From Saccostrea echinata (lineage: Eukaryota), in NCBI RefSeq assembly GCF_033153115.1, contig NW_026889759.1, positions 6,324,001 to 6,388,000 on the forward strand: 64,000 nucleotides of DNA, given 5' to 3'. The notes beneath the pieces were generated by a model that worked only from the letters and a program-made list of their open reading frames with translations, did no database searches and was not told where the DNA came from. The stretch's first letter is position 1; every line of letters starts with the position of its first letter. Made by a program: the position numbers and the translations under genes. Of this stretch, positions 1-12,300 are shown piece by piece.

Positions 1-264
1 TAAATCAACAATCATATCAACTGTTGTGTTTGATTCATTTTATTGATAACGTAGTCATCACAAGTGATATAAATTATAAATGTATACTTCATTTGATAAA
101 CAACAATAAAGCAACGGTATTATATACAGGAGAATCGACTATTCAGTGTTTACTTTGTAAAACAAATACTTTTTTAAAACGTACAAACGTTTGATAATCA
201 TTAATTTCCTCTACTGATAAACACTGTTCACAATAAATAAAAACAATAGCATCTATGATAGTAT

Positions 265-1635
265 CTATGCAATAGATGTGTCCAATTTCATGAAAAGAGG
301 AACCAAAAAATAGGATGAGACTGCAATAGTTCCAGTGGAAAACAAGAGAAAAAAGAACTTGTCCAGGGTTTTGCCTACCACTCTCCAGGAGACCCCAAAT
401 CTGTATTTTTCGACACTGTCATCCGCTTCCCCCTCGCCTTCATTATTGGGGCTAGTTATCACAGGATCAGCAATTTCGTCTTCCAGTGGCATCTTCTCAA
501 ATGTTTCATGATGAAGCCCCATCATTCGGTAGCGCTTTCGACAAACTCGACAAGTGACAAAGGCGACAATATATACAAGTATAGGAGGGACTTTCTCATT
601 TGGGTCATATATGGATACCTGAATCGTAAAAATGGCAATAAGGGTAGTTATACTGCTCACAGACAACATGGCTGCCACATAGTAACTCATTATCGAAAGT
701 GGATTTGACACTGGAAGTTCGCCGGAGAGTATTGTCAGATATACAGCGAAAGTCAGGAAAACGTTTGTTGCAAAGCCAACTCGTTCACCAGAATCAATGG
801 GTAGAACAAAACAGAGACTGTTAAGCATGCCAAGTAATACGATGGGCACCATCATGTTGATGATGAAGAAGACGGGTCTCCTCTTCAGAGTCAGGTGATA
901 GCTAATCAGAGAGCGATTGGCGGCCACGTAAATTTCTTGTGTACTATCTATTACAGCCCATTCCTCGTTTTCTATGAAGTCTTCGATATTGATATTGTCC
1001 TCGTCAGTCTGGATGGATACTTCATTATTAGAATACCCCCAAGGAGTGAAAGTAATCGTGCAATACTGTGTATCAAATGGGTAATCTGAGGCCACTACAG
1101 TACATCCAGTCTTTGTTACTACACCAATCTCCCACTGTACATAACCATTGGTCAGAGTGATGGTCACCTCATAACCAGAATGCCCTACTGGAGTTAAAGA
1201 TTCCACAGAATTGAAAACAGTTATTGGAGGAAGCCAAATGTCATTTTGAGGAATATCTAATGCTTCGAGAACATGTTTTTGAGGAGTGTACTTTTCAATA
1301 ACATAATGGTCAAACCAAGCCATTTTCAACCGTCCTATAACCTTAAGCGTTCCTCCAAGTTCGTCAAATTCAGGAATCGAATACAGTGCAAATTTCATGT
1401 TGACGTTGATTGTCGCTAACTGATCTTTGTGAGGGAAAACCAGATTGCTGTACTCCTTATTATTTGTGAACAAGTCTCTGAAAAGCAGTTTCACGTGGTC
1501 CAGATTAGGAATAGGCATGGATTCACACACGGAACATGAAGTTTTTACCTGCTGTGCAGGTGTTGTTGTAGATTTTGTTCCAAAAACCAGAGTCAACAAA
1601 ATGAGAATTCTTATTAGTATTCCACGACATTCCAT
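265..1635 (-). CDS. Intronless nicotinic acetylcholine receptor-like (Cys-loop ligand-gated ion channel) subunit, copy 1, non-alpha type
   Basis: 456-aa single ORF. It has a signal-peptide-like N-terminus, the IWLPPI motif, Cys-loop CTVVASDYPFDTQYC, loop B WGY, an LKRRP pre-M1 segment, M1-M3, GERVG at the M2 start and a C-terminal M4 (W..V...LD..FF). No loop-C CC. Confidence 0.93.
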   Translation of the reverse strand: MECRGILIRILILLTLVFGTKSTTTPAQQVKTSCSVCESMPIPNLDHVKLLFRDLFTNNKEYSNLVFPHKDQLATINVNMKFALYSIPEFDELGGTLKVIGRLKMAWFDHYVIEKYTPQKHVLEALDIPQNDIWLPPITVFNSVESLTPVGHSGYEVTITLTNGYVQWEIGVVTKTGCTVVASDYPFDTQYCTITFTPWGYSNNEVSIQTDEDNINIEDFIENEEWAVIDSTQEIYVAANRSLISYHLTLKRRPVFFIINMMVPIVLLGMLNSLCFVLPIDSGERVGFATNVFLTFAVYLTILSGELPVSNPLSIMSYYVAAMLSVSSITTLIAIFTIQVSIYDPNEKVPPILVYIVAFVTCRVCRKRYRMMGLHHETFEKMPLEDEIADPVITSPNNEGEGEADDSVEKYRFGVSWRVVGKTLDKFFFLLFSTGTIAVSSYFLVPLFMKLDTSIA

Positions 1636-4567
1636 TTTCCTACTTTCAAAATCCTAACGTCTTTTTGGTTAATACCCCCTCTTTACTCTGTAGCTGTAAT
1701 GTCCGCCATTACTGTTCGTTTTAAATGCTTCAAATTGAAATTCTGTACAACCCGAACGATAATACAGAATTCTGTAAGAGGTGCCAATTAAGCCGTCATA
1801 TAGTTAGGTTCAAAGATGAAGAGATACGCTTTGATATGGACAATGTATTGTTTCGTGATATTTAATTAAAGTCTTTATCATTATATGTCAGGCACAGAAC
1901 TCGGAACATGGGAAGCCACGTAGTTGTCACGAGCATTCTGAACGCGTCACACTCTGTACTGAATATAAAGAAACCTAACAAATGCTTATCTAATTATTGA
2001 CTTTATATTGGCAGAAGTAGATTTGTCTTCGGTGATACAATGTAGTTTAAAAAATGTAAACATCATTTCTTCACAGATTTTTTTTAAATACCAGTATTTG
2101 CAGAGAACCTTTTCGAAATAAAAAGTTAAGTTGAAAAATTAGATAAATTAGAGAGTGAGCAGTTGTTCATTATTAAAGGGAAAATGCAAATCATTTGGAA
2201 ATAATTTTGTTCTCAAGATTATGGCTTATTTCTTACTTGTCAAATAGTTTTCAGAATTCAAACATAAATATGAAAGGCAAATATGATAATGAAATATCCA
2301 GCATTTTAGTTGGGGTTGAATTCGGAAGGTTCATTCTAAAAGAATTTTTAGATTAACATATCTTCAATAATTTTATCGGCCAGACTTCTAACCACAATAA
2401 AGTACATATTTCTATCTAATATGTACGTAAGGGGGTCTACACGTCTTAATACATGTACCTTAGATTCAGATACTATGTTCGAAGTGAACTTTTACACATG
2501 AATTGGAACGATCAAAACAAAGTTAAAAATTAATAAATGAGACGTTCATTTGTAATTTTTAGATTCAAGAAGACATCAAGGTAATTTTTAGTTAAAGGTT
2601 GTCATTGATCAGAAAAATGTTAGTAAGTACACTGTAGTTGCAGTGTACTTGCAGTGTAGTTGCATTGTGAATTCAAGAGTAAATGCGTACAAAATCAGTT
2701 TTTCTTTTCAAATGATTGCTGCAAATTATACTTATGTACGTGCAAGTTACATTCTAGATATATTTCGAGAGAATACCTTGATAAATACCTCTTTTTTGCA
2801 GGATAGTATGTTTAATATTCTCGACTTCATTGAAGTTCTTGCAATACTTACGAATATGCTGTTACATGTGTAGCCATAATATAAAATTGATTAATTCGAT
2901 TTGGATTTTTTATTATGTTTTGTGTTCAACAGGACTTGACTATTCCTCGCTATGCTATAATATGTCTGCAATAATGGTTTCATTGTATAAACTACGTAGA
3001 AATGCATCTGATGACACACATTATCTTATAGAAAAGATCTAAAAAACTTGCACCAATCAATCAATCAATCAATTTTATTTAAGTATTCAAGGCCATAGGC
3101 CTAAAGTACAATGCATTTTAAGCCACACGTGTTTATATTTTTTAGGTTCAAGCATACAGTGTAATACATAATATTGCAAATCATCTAAAGTGAAACAAGT
3201 ATATTACATCACAACCTGAGACTTCATAAAGCTCTCTTTATTTCCGAAAAGCTAGAAAAACATAATTTGCCAAGGCATTTAAGACATTATTTCTTCCATT
3301 TGGAAATATATATTTTTTGTATCTTCTAAAGAGACGAGATTTTTAAAAATATTATACAAGGTTTTCTTATTTCAATAATTCAATAAATTCTAAAAGTTCA
3401 CAATTTCAATAATCTGAATTCCATTTTCAACTCATAATATACCTTTTTCTTTTGAACAATCTAGAAATTTGCTCTAATTGCTGTCCTTAATATCAAAATA
3501 AGAAAAGAATAGAATTCTTCAATCTACACGTATACGTTATAATGAAGAATTATTATTTAATTGAGGAGGCAGAAGACAGTACATGACACCTGAGGAGGCA
3601 GAAGACAGTATATGACACCTGCTTTATGATCAGAGATGACTGATCAGTCAACAGTGTGAGAATAAAGAAGAGTTTGAAATTGTCTGTTTTGGGATGTTGA
3701 CAAGTCATTCAACAGTCAAGTCACATCAACTCATATCATTTGTAATGCTACACTGCACATGTACATCATGCACAGACCAAAAATGCTTCTTGACTAGGTT
3801 TGTATCCTTGTGTTTTCACCTATAATAGAATTGGGGCAAATCTGCAAACAACTCGTATATGGCAGTTCCTTGCTAACAATTGTTAAAAAAAATAAAAAAA
3901 AATAATAACAATAAAAAAAGAAAGAAAAAAATATAAATCTTTTCTTACATTAGAAGGAAACGGTATAGAACCGCGATATGAAGCTATAAAATGAAACATT
4001 CTGGGCCTTATAGTTTTTCTCAGCGTTTCTTTAGCTATTCTCTCGGAAGAAAAATACTAATTCCCTTCACACTCAAGCGCTTTGCTCAATTTTTGGAAAT
4101 TTACTGATCCTGAAACATTATTTATATCTGCAAAATTTCACACAAAAATGTATCCTATGACCTTCACTGTTCCATGTGCACGCCCGTGCCACTTTTAAAG
4201 GTGTTTGCTAGGACGTAAAGCCTGAAAATATTATCCGTCATTTTGCTATTTTGAAAAGCTAGATTTTGTGAGAATTTAGCATGCCTATGGCTCCCGAAAC
4301 CTGGGTAATTCAGAGACTAGCATTGTATTGTTATTATCGTTAGTATTACTTACACAATAACAAGTTGATGAAAATAATTTCATGAACAAATATTTTGTAA
4401 ACAAATGCAACTGTTTATTGACATAAAAGTTTTTGAAAACGGGACTTTTTACAAATGTTACATACATGTACATATAAAATATATATTGCATGTTTATCCC
4501 ATGCACCATCTAATATTTTGATTTCTTACCAAAGCAGAAATTCAAACGAAAATTTTAATGTTAAAGT

Positions 4568-6043
4568 TCACATCTGAGCAGCTAATGGAACCAAAAACAC
4601 AATTGCAATGGCCACACTACCTGCCATAATAGCAATCAGAGAAAATATATCCAATGTACTAGCCACAAGTTTCCAGTCTACGTCGTATCGATTTTCAGGA
4701 TGTTCATCACTGTCGAGACTTTCATTGTCCACCTCAATTCTGGATCTTGGAGTCTTGGCTGACCCTCCTCTCCTCGTCCGTAATTCCAGTGCATTTGCAC
4801 CTAATAACGGCGTTTCATCATCTTCATCTTCCTCTTTCGTGCAGACTAAACAATTCAGAAATGCAATGAAGTAGACTAAACAACCTGGAATAGGATCGTC
4901 TTCTTCTTTTAAGAATATACGAAGAGTGAAAACGGTAATAATAGTAGCTGCTGCGCTTACAACGACCATTGACATCAGGTAGTAGCTGAGGATGGCCATT
5001 GGTTCGGATGTCCTTGGCATTCCCTCTGCAATTAAGGTCAAGTACACTGCAAAGGTAAGGAACCCTGTTACGGAGTACCCTACTCTCTCTCCACTCTCCA
5101 AAGGCAGGATGAACACTAAAGCAGTCAAAATACCCAAAATGATAATTGGCAGGAAGAAGTTAACCATATAGTAAGTCGGCTTTCGTTCTAATGTTATTTC
5201 TATTTTCACAAACGAACCACCATCAACTGTTTCCTCAATCAGCCTTGACTGCGTAATACTCCACTCGTCCGACGGTGAATAATCTGTCAAATCTAAAGTG
5301 GATGTGGATGGTTCGAATTTTACTTGTTTGTCAGTAAAACCCCAGTGGGTGAATGTAATGTTACAGGTTTGCCTATCGAAAGGAAAATATGCCACATCTA
5401 CTACGCATCCCGTTTTTGTAATCACACCTGGTCTCCATTCCATTTTACCATGTCGATTATACGGATTACTTGAATCATCGACCCTGTACATTCGGACATA
5501 ATTAGAAGGATCGCCTACCGGCTCAATAGCTGAAGCAGAGTTAAACAGGGAAACTGGCGGTTTCCAGAGAAATTCATTAGGTATAGCGATCTCTGTAAAT
5601 GGTCCATGATCACTACTGCTGTAAGAGTCATCTACTAACTCATCATACCAAGTTATTGTCAAAATCCCAATTACCTCCAAAGTTCCAGCTACTTCATCAA
5701 AGTCAGTGATTGCGATTAAGCTAAAACCAATGTCTACTAAAATCGTTTCACTAAAATTTTTTCTCGGAAAAATTAAATTGTTGTAAGAAGCTGTGGAAGC
5801 CGTAAAAGTGTCCACGATGAAAGATGACATTTGTGAAGCTGAGGAATACTGTCGCGTGGGGACTGCTGTGGTAGTTTCCGCTGTTGTGGCTTCTGTGGTG
5901 CCCCCAGGTGATCCTCCTGGACTCGGGCAGGAGGGATCTGTTCCTCCTTTATTCTGTCCCGGGGCACAACCCTTTCCAGAACTATGAACGTATTCAATTG
6001 CGAATAGAACCCACAGAAAGAAAATAAAGTGTAAAACCGACAT
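4568..6043 (-). CDS. Intronless nAChR-like subunit, copy 2, with a Gly/Pro/Thr-rich N-terminal extension
   Basis: The ORF track begins at TTG 6076; the first ATG is 6043 (MSVLHF...). Cys-loop CVVDVAYFPFDRQTC, WGF, GERVG, four TM helices. Confidence 0.93.
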   Translation of the reverse strand: MSVLHFIFFLWVLFAIEYVHSSGKGCAPGQNKGGTDPSCPSPGGSPGGTTEATTAETTTAVPTRQYSSASQMSSFIVDTFTASTASYNNLIFPRKNFSETILVDIGFSLIAITDFDEVAGTLEVIGILTITWYDELVDDSYSSSDHGPFTEIAIPNEFLWKPPVSLFNSASAIEPVGDPSNYVRMYRVDDSSNPYNRHGKMEWRPGVITKTGCVVDVAYFPFDRQTCNITFTHWGFTDKQVKFEPSTSTLDLTDYSPSDEWSITQSRLIEETVDGGSFVKIEITLERKPTYYMVNFFLPIIILGILTALVFILPLESGERVGYSVTGFLTFAVYLTLIAEGMPRTSEPMAILSYYLMSMVVVSAAATIITVFTLRIFLKEEDDPIPGCLVYFIAFLNCLVCTKEEDEDDETPLLGANALELRTRRGGSAKTPRSRIEVDNESLDSDEHPENRYDVDWKLVASTLDIFSLIAIMAGSVAIAIVFLVPLAAQM

Positions 6044-6938
6044 TTTCCCTAATCGGTTTGAAACACAAGAAATCAAGAAATGGGATGTCTGTTTGAAGGC
6101 CTGTTTATTTCGTCAATCTTTTGCATCAATTTCCACCTATTAAGGGGACATTTAAACTATTCAGAACATTTCAGATGCAATCAGCACTAATAAATGATTG
6201 CTCAATCGTATACAATTCGATATGTTTTGAAATGCTTGTGTTTGTTCTTTTGGAAATGAAGTTTGTCTAAGTTTCAAAAAAAAAAAAAAAAAAAAAAGAA
6301 CAAAGGAAATTATTTAATGAGAATGAACACGACAGCCTTTTAACGTTTTTTTTTTCTTACCGCAAGACACAAAATCGCTTTTTAAAATAAAGTACAGTTA
6401 TGAGTTATTTGGCCACATATATTTAAATTCATATTTTTCCTCACAATGAACAGAGCATGTTTTTGTCTCTAATTTTATTATTTATTCTAAAATATGTAAA
6501 GCCTTAGAAAGATTTTTTGTCTTTTTATGCCTAACATGCCCCAAAGAGTATTTTGACATCATTACTTTATCGATATTTCAAAATAAAAAGAACATTTATG
6601 ATTCATGATATTTATTTCTGTAGTAAAGCATACTTAAAAAAATAACACTTATATAAAATACATAAAATATTGTTGACTCAAAAACCAGGTACAGATATAC
6701 GAGTATATTTACGTCCCTGTGAAAACAAAGTGCATGGAGACATTGTAATGCATAAAAATCATAGTGGTTGTTCATCGTAAAAGAATATCGTGCAAAATCA
6801 TATATCATATCAAATCTAATAACATTGTCACATGTATGAAATAGATTTATCATTTAAACAAATACATACAATATACAATTATATGAAAAACAATTACCGG
6901 TAAAACTCACAGGGAATAGTAACCATTGATCAGTATAT

Positions 6939-8312
6939 TTAGTACTGAACGTAAATTGGTAAAAGAAATACAAAAGCAAGAATTGTATGTGTAGCGATCG
7001 TACCAAAGAAGAAAAAATAATCAAGTGATCTGGCTACCATTTTCCATCCAACCCGCGGTATTGTGATTGGGCCGAGTTTATCTGCATCTTCCTCGTCATC
7101 TCTGTCAGCATCTATTGGTTTCCACTTGATATTCGGGACGCCGAATTTGACGCTAGAAGACAGACTCTCTGGTTTCATATGTTCTCTCTGTGGTGGTTCA
7201 TTTTCGCTGTCGATTTCCGTGGTGTTACCGATTTCCTTAACAACAGGTTCTTCCGGTTTATAAATGTCATCAAATTCATCCTTTGCACAGAATCTACAGC
7301 AGATGAAACCAATAAAGAGAGCAAGACATGTTGGAACTCTAGCATACTCATCTTTAAGGTACAACCGCACGGTAAATACCGAAATGCAGGAAACGCTTCC
7401 ACTCATAATAACTTGAATCACGATGTATATTGTCAAATACGACATAGGATCTGAAGCCTTCGGCAAACTGTCGATAATATAAGACAAATAGACAGAAAAT
7501 GTCAGAAATGATCCCAAAGCGTATCCAACACGGCCCTCTTCGATTGGGAGCAGAAAAACAAAAGTTGTCAGAAGTCCTAACAACCCAATAGGTGCTGCCA
7601 TATTAATGATAAACCAAAGCGGAATTCGCCGTATTATCAAAGTAAATGTTACATACGAATTTCGATCTCTTTCCCAGATTAGGACCTCTGAGTCCATTAA
7701 TTCCCATTGTTCACTTGGGGCGTAAAAATCTAAATTTACTTTTGAGTCCGGAGCAGTTAATAAGATCTCTGAAGATATATGATCCCAGGCGCGAAAAGTC
7801 AAGTTACATTTCTGAGTATCAAAAGGAAAATAAAGAGGATTTGTAGAGCACGAAGAAGACAGAATAACTGCAGGTCGCCAAATGTGTGTCCCAGAAAATT
7901 TTGCCCAGACTAAATCCTTGTTTGATCCAAGCTCTGCAAGTGAAGTGACGGAGTTAGCAAGTGTTATTGGTGGATGCCAAAGATCCGTGAGCGGAATCAT
8001 GGTGTCTGGAATAGGAGCAGACATTCCGCGTGGTTTCTCAGCCCATGCTGCAAGTTCATTTTCCCACTCTACTTCTAAAAATCCAACCGTCTTCAAAACT
8101 CCTGAAATTTCGTCAAAATTGTTGATGGCGTTGAGGTAATAAGTAAGTTTTACAGTAACATTGTCGGATTGTTCTTCTCTGGGGAAGATATTCTTATTGT
8201 ATGAGCTGAAAATGTTTCTGTAGAACAGGATCCAGTCAGATGAAATATCCCCACAAACATAATGAATGACGGAAATCGCTAAAAAAGCAAATAACAACTT
8301 TGTCACCGCCAT
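6939..8312 (-). CDS. Intronless nAChR-like subunit, copy 3
   Basis: First ATG 8312 (MAVTKL...). Cys-loop CSTNPLYFPFDTQKC, LWHPPI, four TM helices; the M2 start is EEGRVG. Confidence 0.93.
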   Translation of the reverse strand: MAVTKLLFAFLAISVIHYVCGDISSDWILFYRNIFSSYNKNIFPREEQSDNVTVKLTYYLNAINNFDEISGVLKTVGFLEVEWENELAAWAEKPRGMSAPIPDTMIPLTDLWHPPITLANSVTSLAELGSNKDLVWAKFSGTHIWRPAVILSSSCSTNPLYFPFDTQKCNLTFRAWDHISSEILLTAPDSKVNLDFYAPSEQWELMDSEVLIWERDRNSYVTFTLIIRRIPLWFIINMAAPIGLLGLLTTFVFLLPIEEGRVGYALGSFLTFSVYLSYIIDSLPKASDPMSYLTIYIVIQVIMSGSVSCISVFTVRLYLKDEYARVPTCLALFIGFICCRFCAKDEFDDIYKPEEPVVKEIGNTTEIDSENEPPQREHMKPESLSSSVKFGVPNIKWKPIDADRDDEEDADKLGPITIPRVGWKMVARSLDYFFFFGTIATHTILAFVFLLPIYVQY

Positions 8313-9425
8313 TACTTGCGTTCGTAACAATACTTAACTCTGTATATTCCGCTCTGGTCGTCTTTGGTACCTTTAATTAATATCATTCATTTGATCAGCC
8401 AAGATTCAGAATAAAAGAGCATGAACCGTTGTTAATTTGTCAGCCGAACATTTAAATTGTTCATTCATTTGATTTTCATAATTATATTGTAATCACAAAG
8501 CTAGAATATTGTGTTAGATATCAAAATTCACCAGTTCACTTCTCTTCAATATAATTTTTCCAATATACGTTCATAAATAAATAATTATCTAAAAGAAATT
8601 GAATATGTCGAAATAATTTGTTTAGGACGTATATTTTGAACGGAAAAAGGGTTCAGCAATCTCCTTTGAAAATGTTATCATTGCTACGTACAAAAATAAC
8701 TAGCAAATACATAAGAATCGCAAAAAGGAATGTATTACTCTACATAAAACATACTGGTTTCAGAGTTTGGTTCATGTAAAAAAAATCGTCACTGCTACCT
8801 GCAAACATAACTAGCAAATGCATAACAATCGCCAAAAGGAATCAAGCATAATGTTTCAAAAAACATTTATTACATGCAGGTAAGTTTGTTTCATGTAAAA
8901 AAAATATTTGTATATTAAGTAGCACTAATAATTTGTTTCAAAAGTTCATAAATCAATGAATAAATAAATTAATAAACAATAACAATATTTGTTCAAAAGA
9001 AGAAAATTATATACATGTATATATTATATATTTATATGCATTGAATTCTCGGGAGTGAAAAACCCTTCAAATCTGAAAATATGTACAAGTTCATACAAGC
9101 TTGATTTTAAAGTGAAAGTGGTTTTACATGTATACAACGTGTATTCATATATTTCGTTGATTATGAGTGCAAAGTGTTTGAATTGTTGCTGACATGTGAG
9201 TTTTTTAATAGTTTAAAATGTATAATATATTGGGGAAACATCTACTTTTTTCATTGACGACTTTGCTGTTTAACACGCACACTAATGCTGACTTATATAT
9301 ACAATCGTCAGCTAAAAAAGACCTTTATTTCTTAATTAAATTGCTATGTAATAAAATGAAAATTACAGTGATGTATTTATCATAACTTCGCTCTTTTTGA
9401 CGTTATATCTAGTTACATTCTAGTT

Positions 9426-10724
9426 TTATGCGGCATTGGCCAAAGGAACGAGGAACATCATGTAGATAGCAATGTTGAGAATGATAAAGACAAAGAAGAA
9501 AAAGATATCAAGGGTACTCCCAAGCGTCTTCCACGAGACTTTTGGCTCCGGTTTCTCTTTAAATTCTGGATTATCGTTGTCATCTCCCTTTCTCTTCATC
9601 TTAAATTCTTTGACAAATACCGAGACAGAGTGAAGCTGGTAGCGTTTCCTGTAGAAAGTGTAACCTTTTGGTGGCTTTTCATCCTGAACGCTTTTACCTC
9701 GACAGGGATAACACCAGAGGACAGACAGAAATTTCTTAAGTGAATTAGGAAGAGGCATCTTTCCGTGCCGATGGTAGATTTTTAAAGTTAAAATAGACTC
9801 CAGTGTGCAAAGTGCTCCAAGCATAAGCTGCCAAATGATGAAATAGGCCAACAGAGACATGGGATTTGATGACTTTGGAAGAACGTCTGCTATAACAGTC
9901 AAAAAGACACCGATTGAGAGGAATCCTGTTATGATAAATCCTACCCTTCCTTGGTCAAATGGCATCACAAAGACAAACCCATTCAGAAGTCCTATGAGAA
10001 TAATGGGAAGAACCATATTTAAGATAAAGTACTGTGGACGCCGCTTTAGTGTCAGTTTGAAAGAGACCTCTGTGAAAACTCCGGAAGTATTTTTCACTGT
10101 TGTTTCCGTCAAATCCCATTCGGAACTCTTTTGTAGTAGAGATATATCAACCATTGTAGCATTTGGCATCAGATGCACTAGGTCACTTGTGTACTGCCAA
10201 GGAAGAAAGGTTACTGTACACTCCTGTGTATCAAATGGGTAGTAACTCACGTCAATAGCACAACCACTTTCAATGACAAGCCCTGGCCTCCAATTCACAG
10301 TTCCATCTTTAAGGATAGTAACAGGGTCATCAGAGGCGCCGAGCTCGGAGAGAGAGCTCACTGACGTGTATAAAGTCACAGCTGGAGTCCAGATATCTTT
10401 ATGGGACATCATCAGCTGATCAACACTTCCGGTGTTCCATGCTATGAGATCATCCCTCCATGTCACATCTAGATATCCAACTAAATATAGTGTCCCGCCA
10501 ATCTCATCTAGTCCAGTTATGGCGGTCAGTCCAAACTTAATGTACACATCAACAACATCGCTTTGTGTTGCCCTTGGACGGATGCGTTTGTCGTAATTAG
10601 TGAATGTATTAGAAGCGAGCAGAGTTGTGACATCTGAGTTAGTCCATGCAGCTGAACTGAGAGTGACCATGCCAAGATACACAAAAACTAAAGTCATCTT
10701 TACATTTAATTGGAAAGAAATCAT
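9426..10724 (-). CDS. Intronless nAChR-like subunit, copy 4
   Basis: First ATG 10724 (alternative 10697, MTLVF...). NYDKRIRP N-helix motif, Cys-loop CAIDVSYYPFDTQEC, four TM helices; the M2 start is DQGRVG. Confidence 0.92.
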   Translation of the reverse strand: MISFQLNVKMTLVFVYLGMVTLSSAAWTNSDVTTLLASNTFTNYDKRIRPRATQSDVVDVYIKFGLTAITGLDEIGGTLYLVGYLDVTWRDDLIAWNTGSVDQLMMSHKDIWTPAVTLYTSVSSLSELGASDDPVTILKDGTVNWRPGLVIESGCAIDVSYYPFDTQECTVTFLPWQYTSDLVHLMPNATMVDISLLQKSSEWDLTETTVKNTSGVFTEVSFKLTLKRRPQYFILNMVLPIILIGLLNGFVFVMPFDQGRVGFIITGFLSIGVFLTVIADVLPKSSNPMSLLAYFIIWQLMLGALCTLESILTLKIYHRHGKMPLPNSLKKFLSVLWCYPCRGKSVQDEKPPKGYTFYRKRYQLHSVSVFVKEFKMKRKGDDNDNPEFKEKPEPKVSWKTLGSTLDIFFFFVFIILNIAIYMMFLVPLANAA

Positions 10725-11149
10725 TTCGACTTTTTGCAACGACTCCCCTTACTGTTCTTGCTCAAAATTAACTTTTCGTTTGATTAACGAAGTATGAATC
10801 GTCATTTAATGTATCAATTTCATTTTTAGGGCATTACAAAAGACATTACAAAATAATTATTCAATTGAAACCTAATGAAACGGCAGATTGACTGTCATCG
10901 CTTTGACACGGTTTAATTCATGAGAAGGCATGACATGTCTAAAGATATAAATATTTGAAAAAAAATAGAACGTTCACCATCTTTTTTACGACTTTTGGTC
11001 AAACTATTAAATATCATCAAAATAGATACAAATCTTATGTTATATCAGTAAAAGAAATAAGACAAGCCACATTTTTTTTTCAAGATTTCTAAATAACGTC
11101 ATAAAGTACTCAGTAATAAAAAATTGTTTAGATTAAGAAATTTATAAGG

Positions 11150-11760
11150 GAACTGCAGAATGCAATATATGGAGATAACGAACAGTATTCAGGCTCAAAA
11201 GTCCATCAAACAATACAAAATAGGAGCAGAGCAAACACGGACCTCCAAACATCAGAGGTGGGATCAGGTGCCATGGAGGAGTGAGCATCCTCTGCCGACC
11301 GGTCACACCCGCCGTGTGCTCCTTGTCATGATCGGGAAATAACGGAAAAATCCGTCGACAATTCAGTGTGTAATTAATGGCCTAACAATTTGTATGAAAA
11401 AAGTCAGTCAGCATTTGACTCAATGATAAATTGTATTTGCTGACAAGGTCATTGTATCGACCATAGAACTTACGAAATGATGACTTTAAACGAGACAGCT
11501 GATATTCTTGTTTCATCAACTTATTTGTCAATAATTTACCTCGTTTTAGAAATTGTACATACGTAGAGCATGCTCTTGCGTATCGAATCAACTGAGAGAT
11601 ATATACCCCGTATGCAGGTGATGAAGGTATATTGCTGCATAAGTAAGGGAAGTTGACGATTGAAAAGTTAGTCATCACGTTTATCATAAAGCTTGGTTGT
11701 TAGATTACCATTAACGTCTTTTTCAAGTAAAATATCCAAATATGAAACAGATGTGTCAGA
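11150..11760 (-). mobile_element. 5'-truncated, frameshifted reverse-transcriptase retroelement fragment (Penelope-like mollusc family) with its 3' region
   Basis: The minus strand encodes VSYLDILLEKDVNGNLTTKLYDKRDD, then a frameshift into NFSIVNFPYLCSNIPSSPAYGVYISQLIRYARACS (ORF 11382-11687). This is a typical RT thumb/C-terminal region. A GC-rich 3' segment follows. Boundaries are approximate. Confidence 0.75.
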
Positions 11761-12300
11761 ATGCGAGATATTATATTATACAGTATAGAAAATTTCAACA
11801 TTATTAGTTTAGGAAATTTATATTTACATCTTTACAAATAAAATAAAATCCGTAAATATATACCAGTCCATGCATCATTTTTTTTATTTGAAGCAAGTGT
11901 CCTTAAAGGTTTTTTTAAACAGAACTTTTACATTACCAAATAGAGATTCGTTCCGTTATCTTTTTGTTACCAGTTTTTTAAAAAATAAAACAAACTACTA
12001 ACTTCGTGAATTAAGACTTCTTTTACCTGAATATTTATGTTTTACTAAGTGAATTAAATGTTATACAATAAAAGGTTCATACGTGAAGTGTAGTACTTAA
12101 TGAGAATAATATTTATTGAGTTTAAAGTCATTACATGTATTTGCCCAATAAACAGGTATACATTCAAAGAGATTTATAAGATAGTAAATAAAAGGTTGTG
12201 TTAATATGAAAATATAACACAATTTCAAGTAACAGTATAATAGTAAATAAACAACAGTAAACAAACACTTCAGCACTTTATGAGTTAGCTGGGAAAAACG

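Noticed and set aside
3053-3800. Possible LINE 3' fragment ((CAAT)n tail and a 29-bp tandem duplication at ~3563-3621)
   Set aside because: Too degenerate to support a family call by eye.
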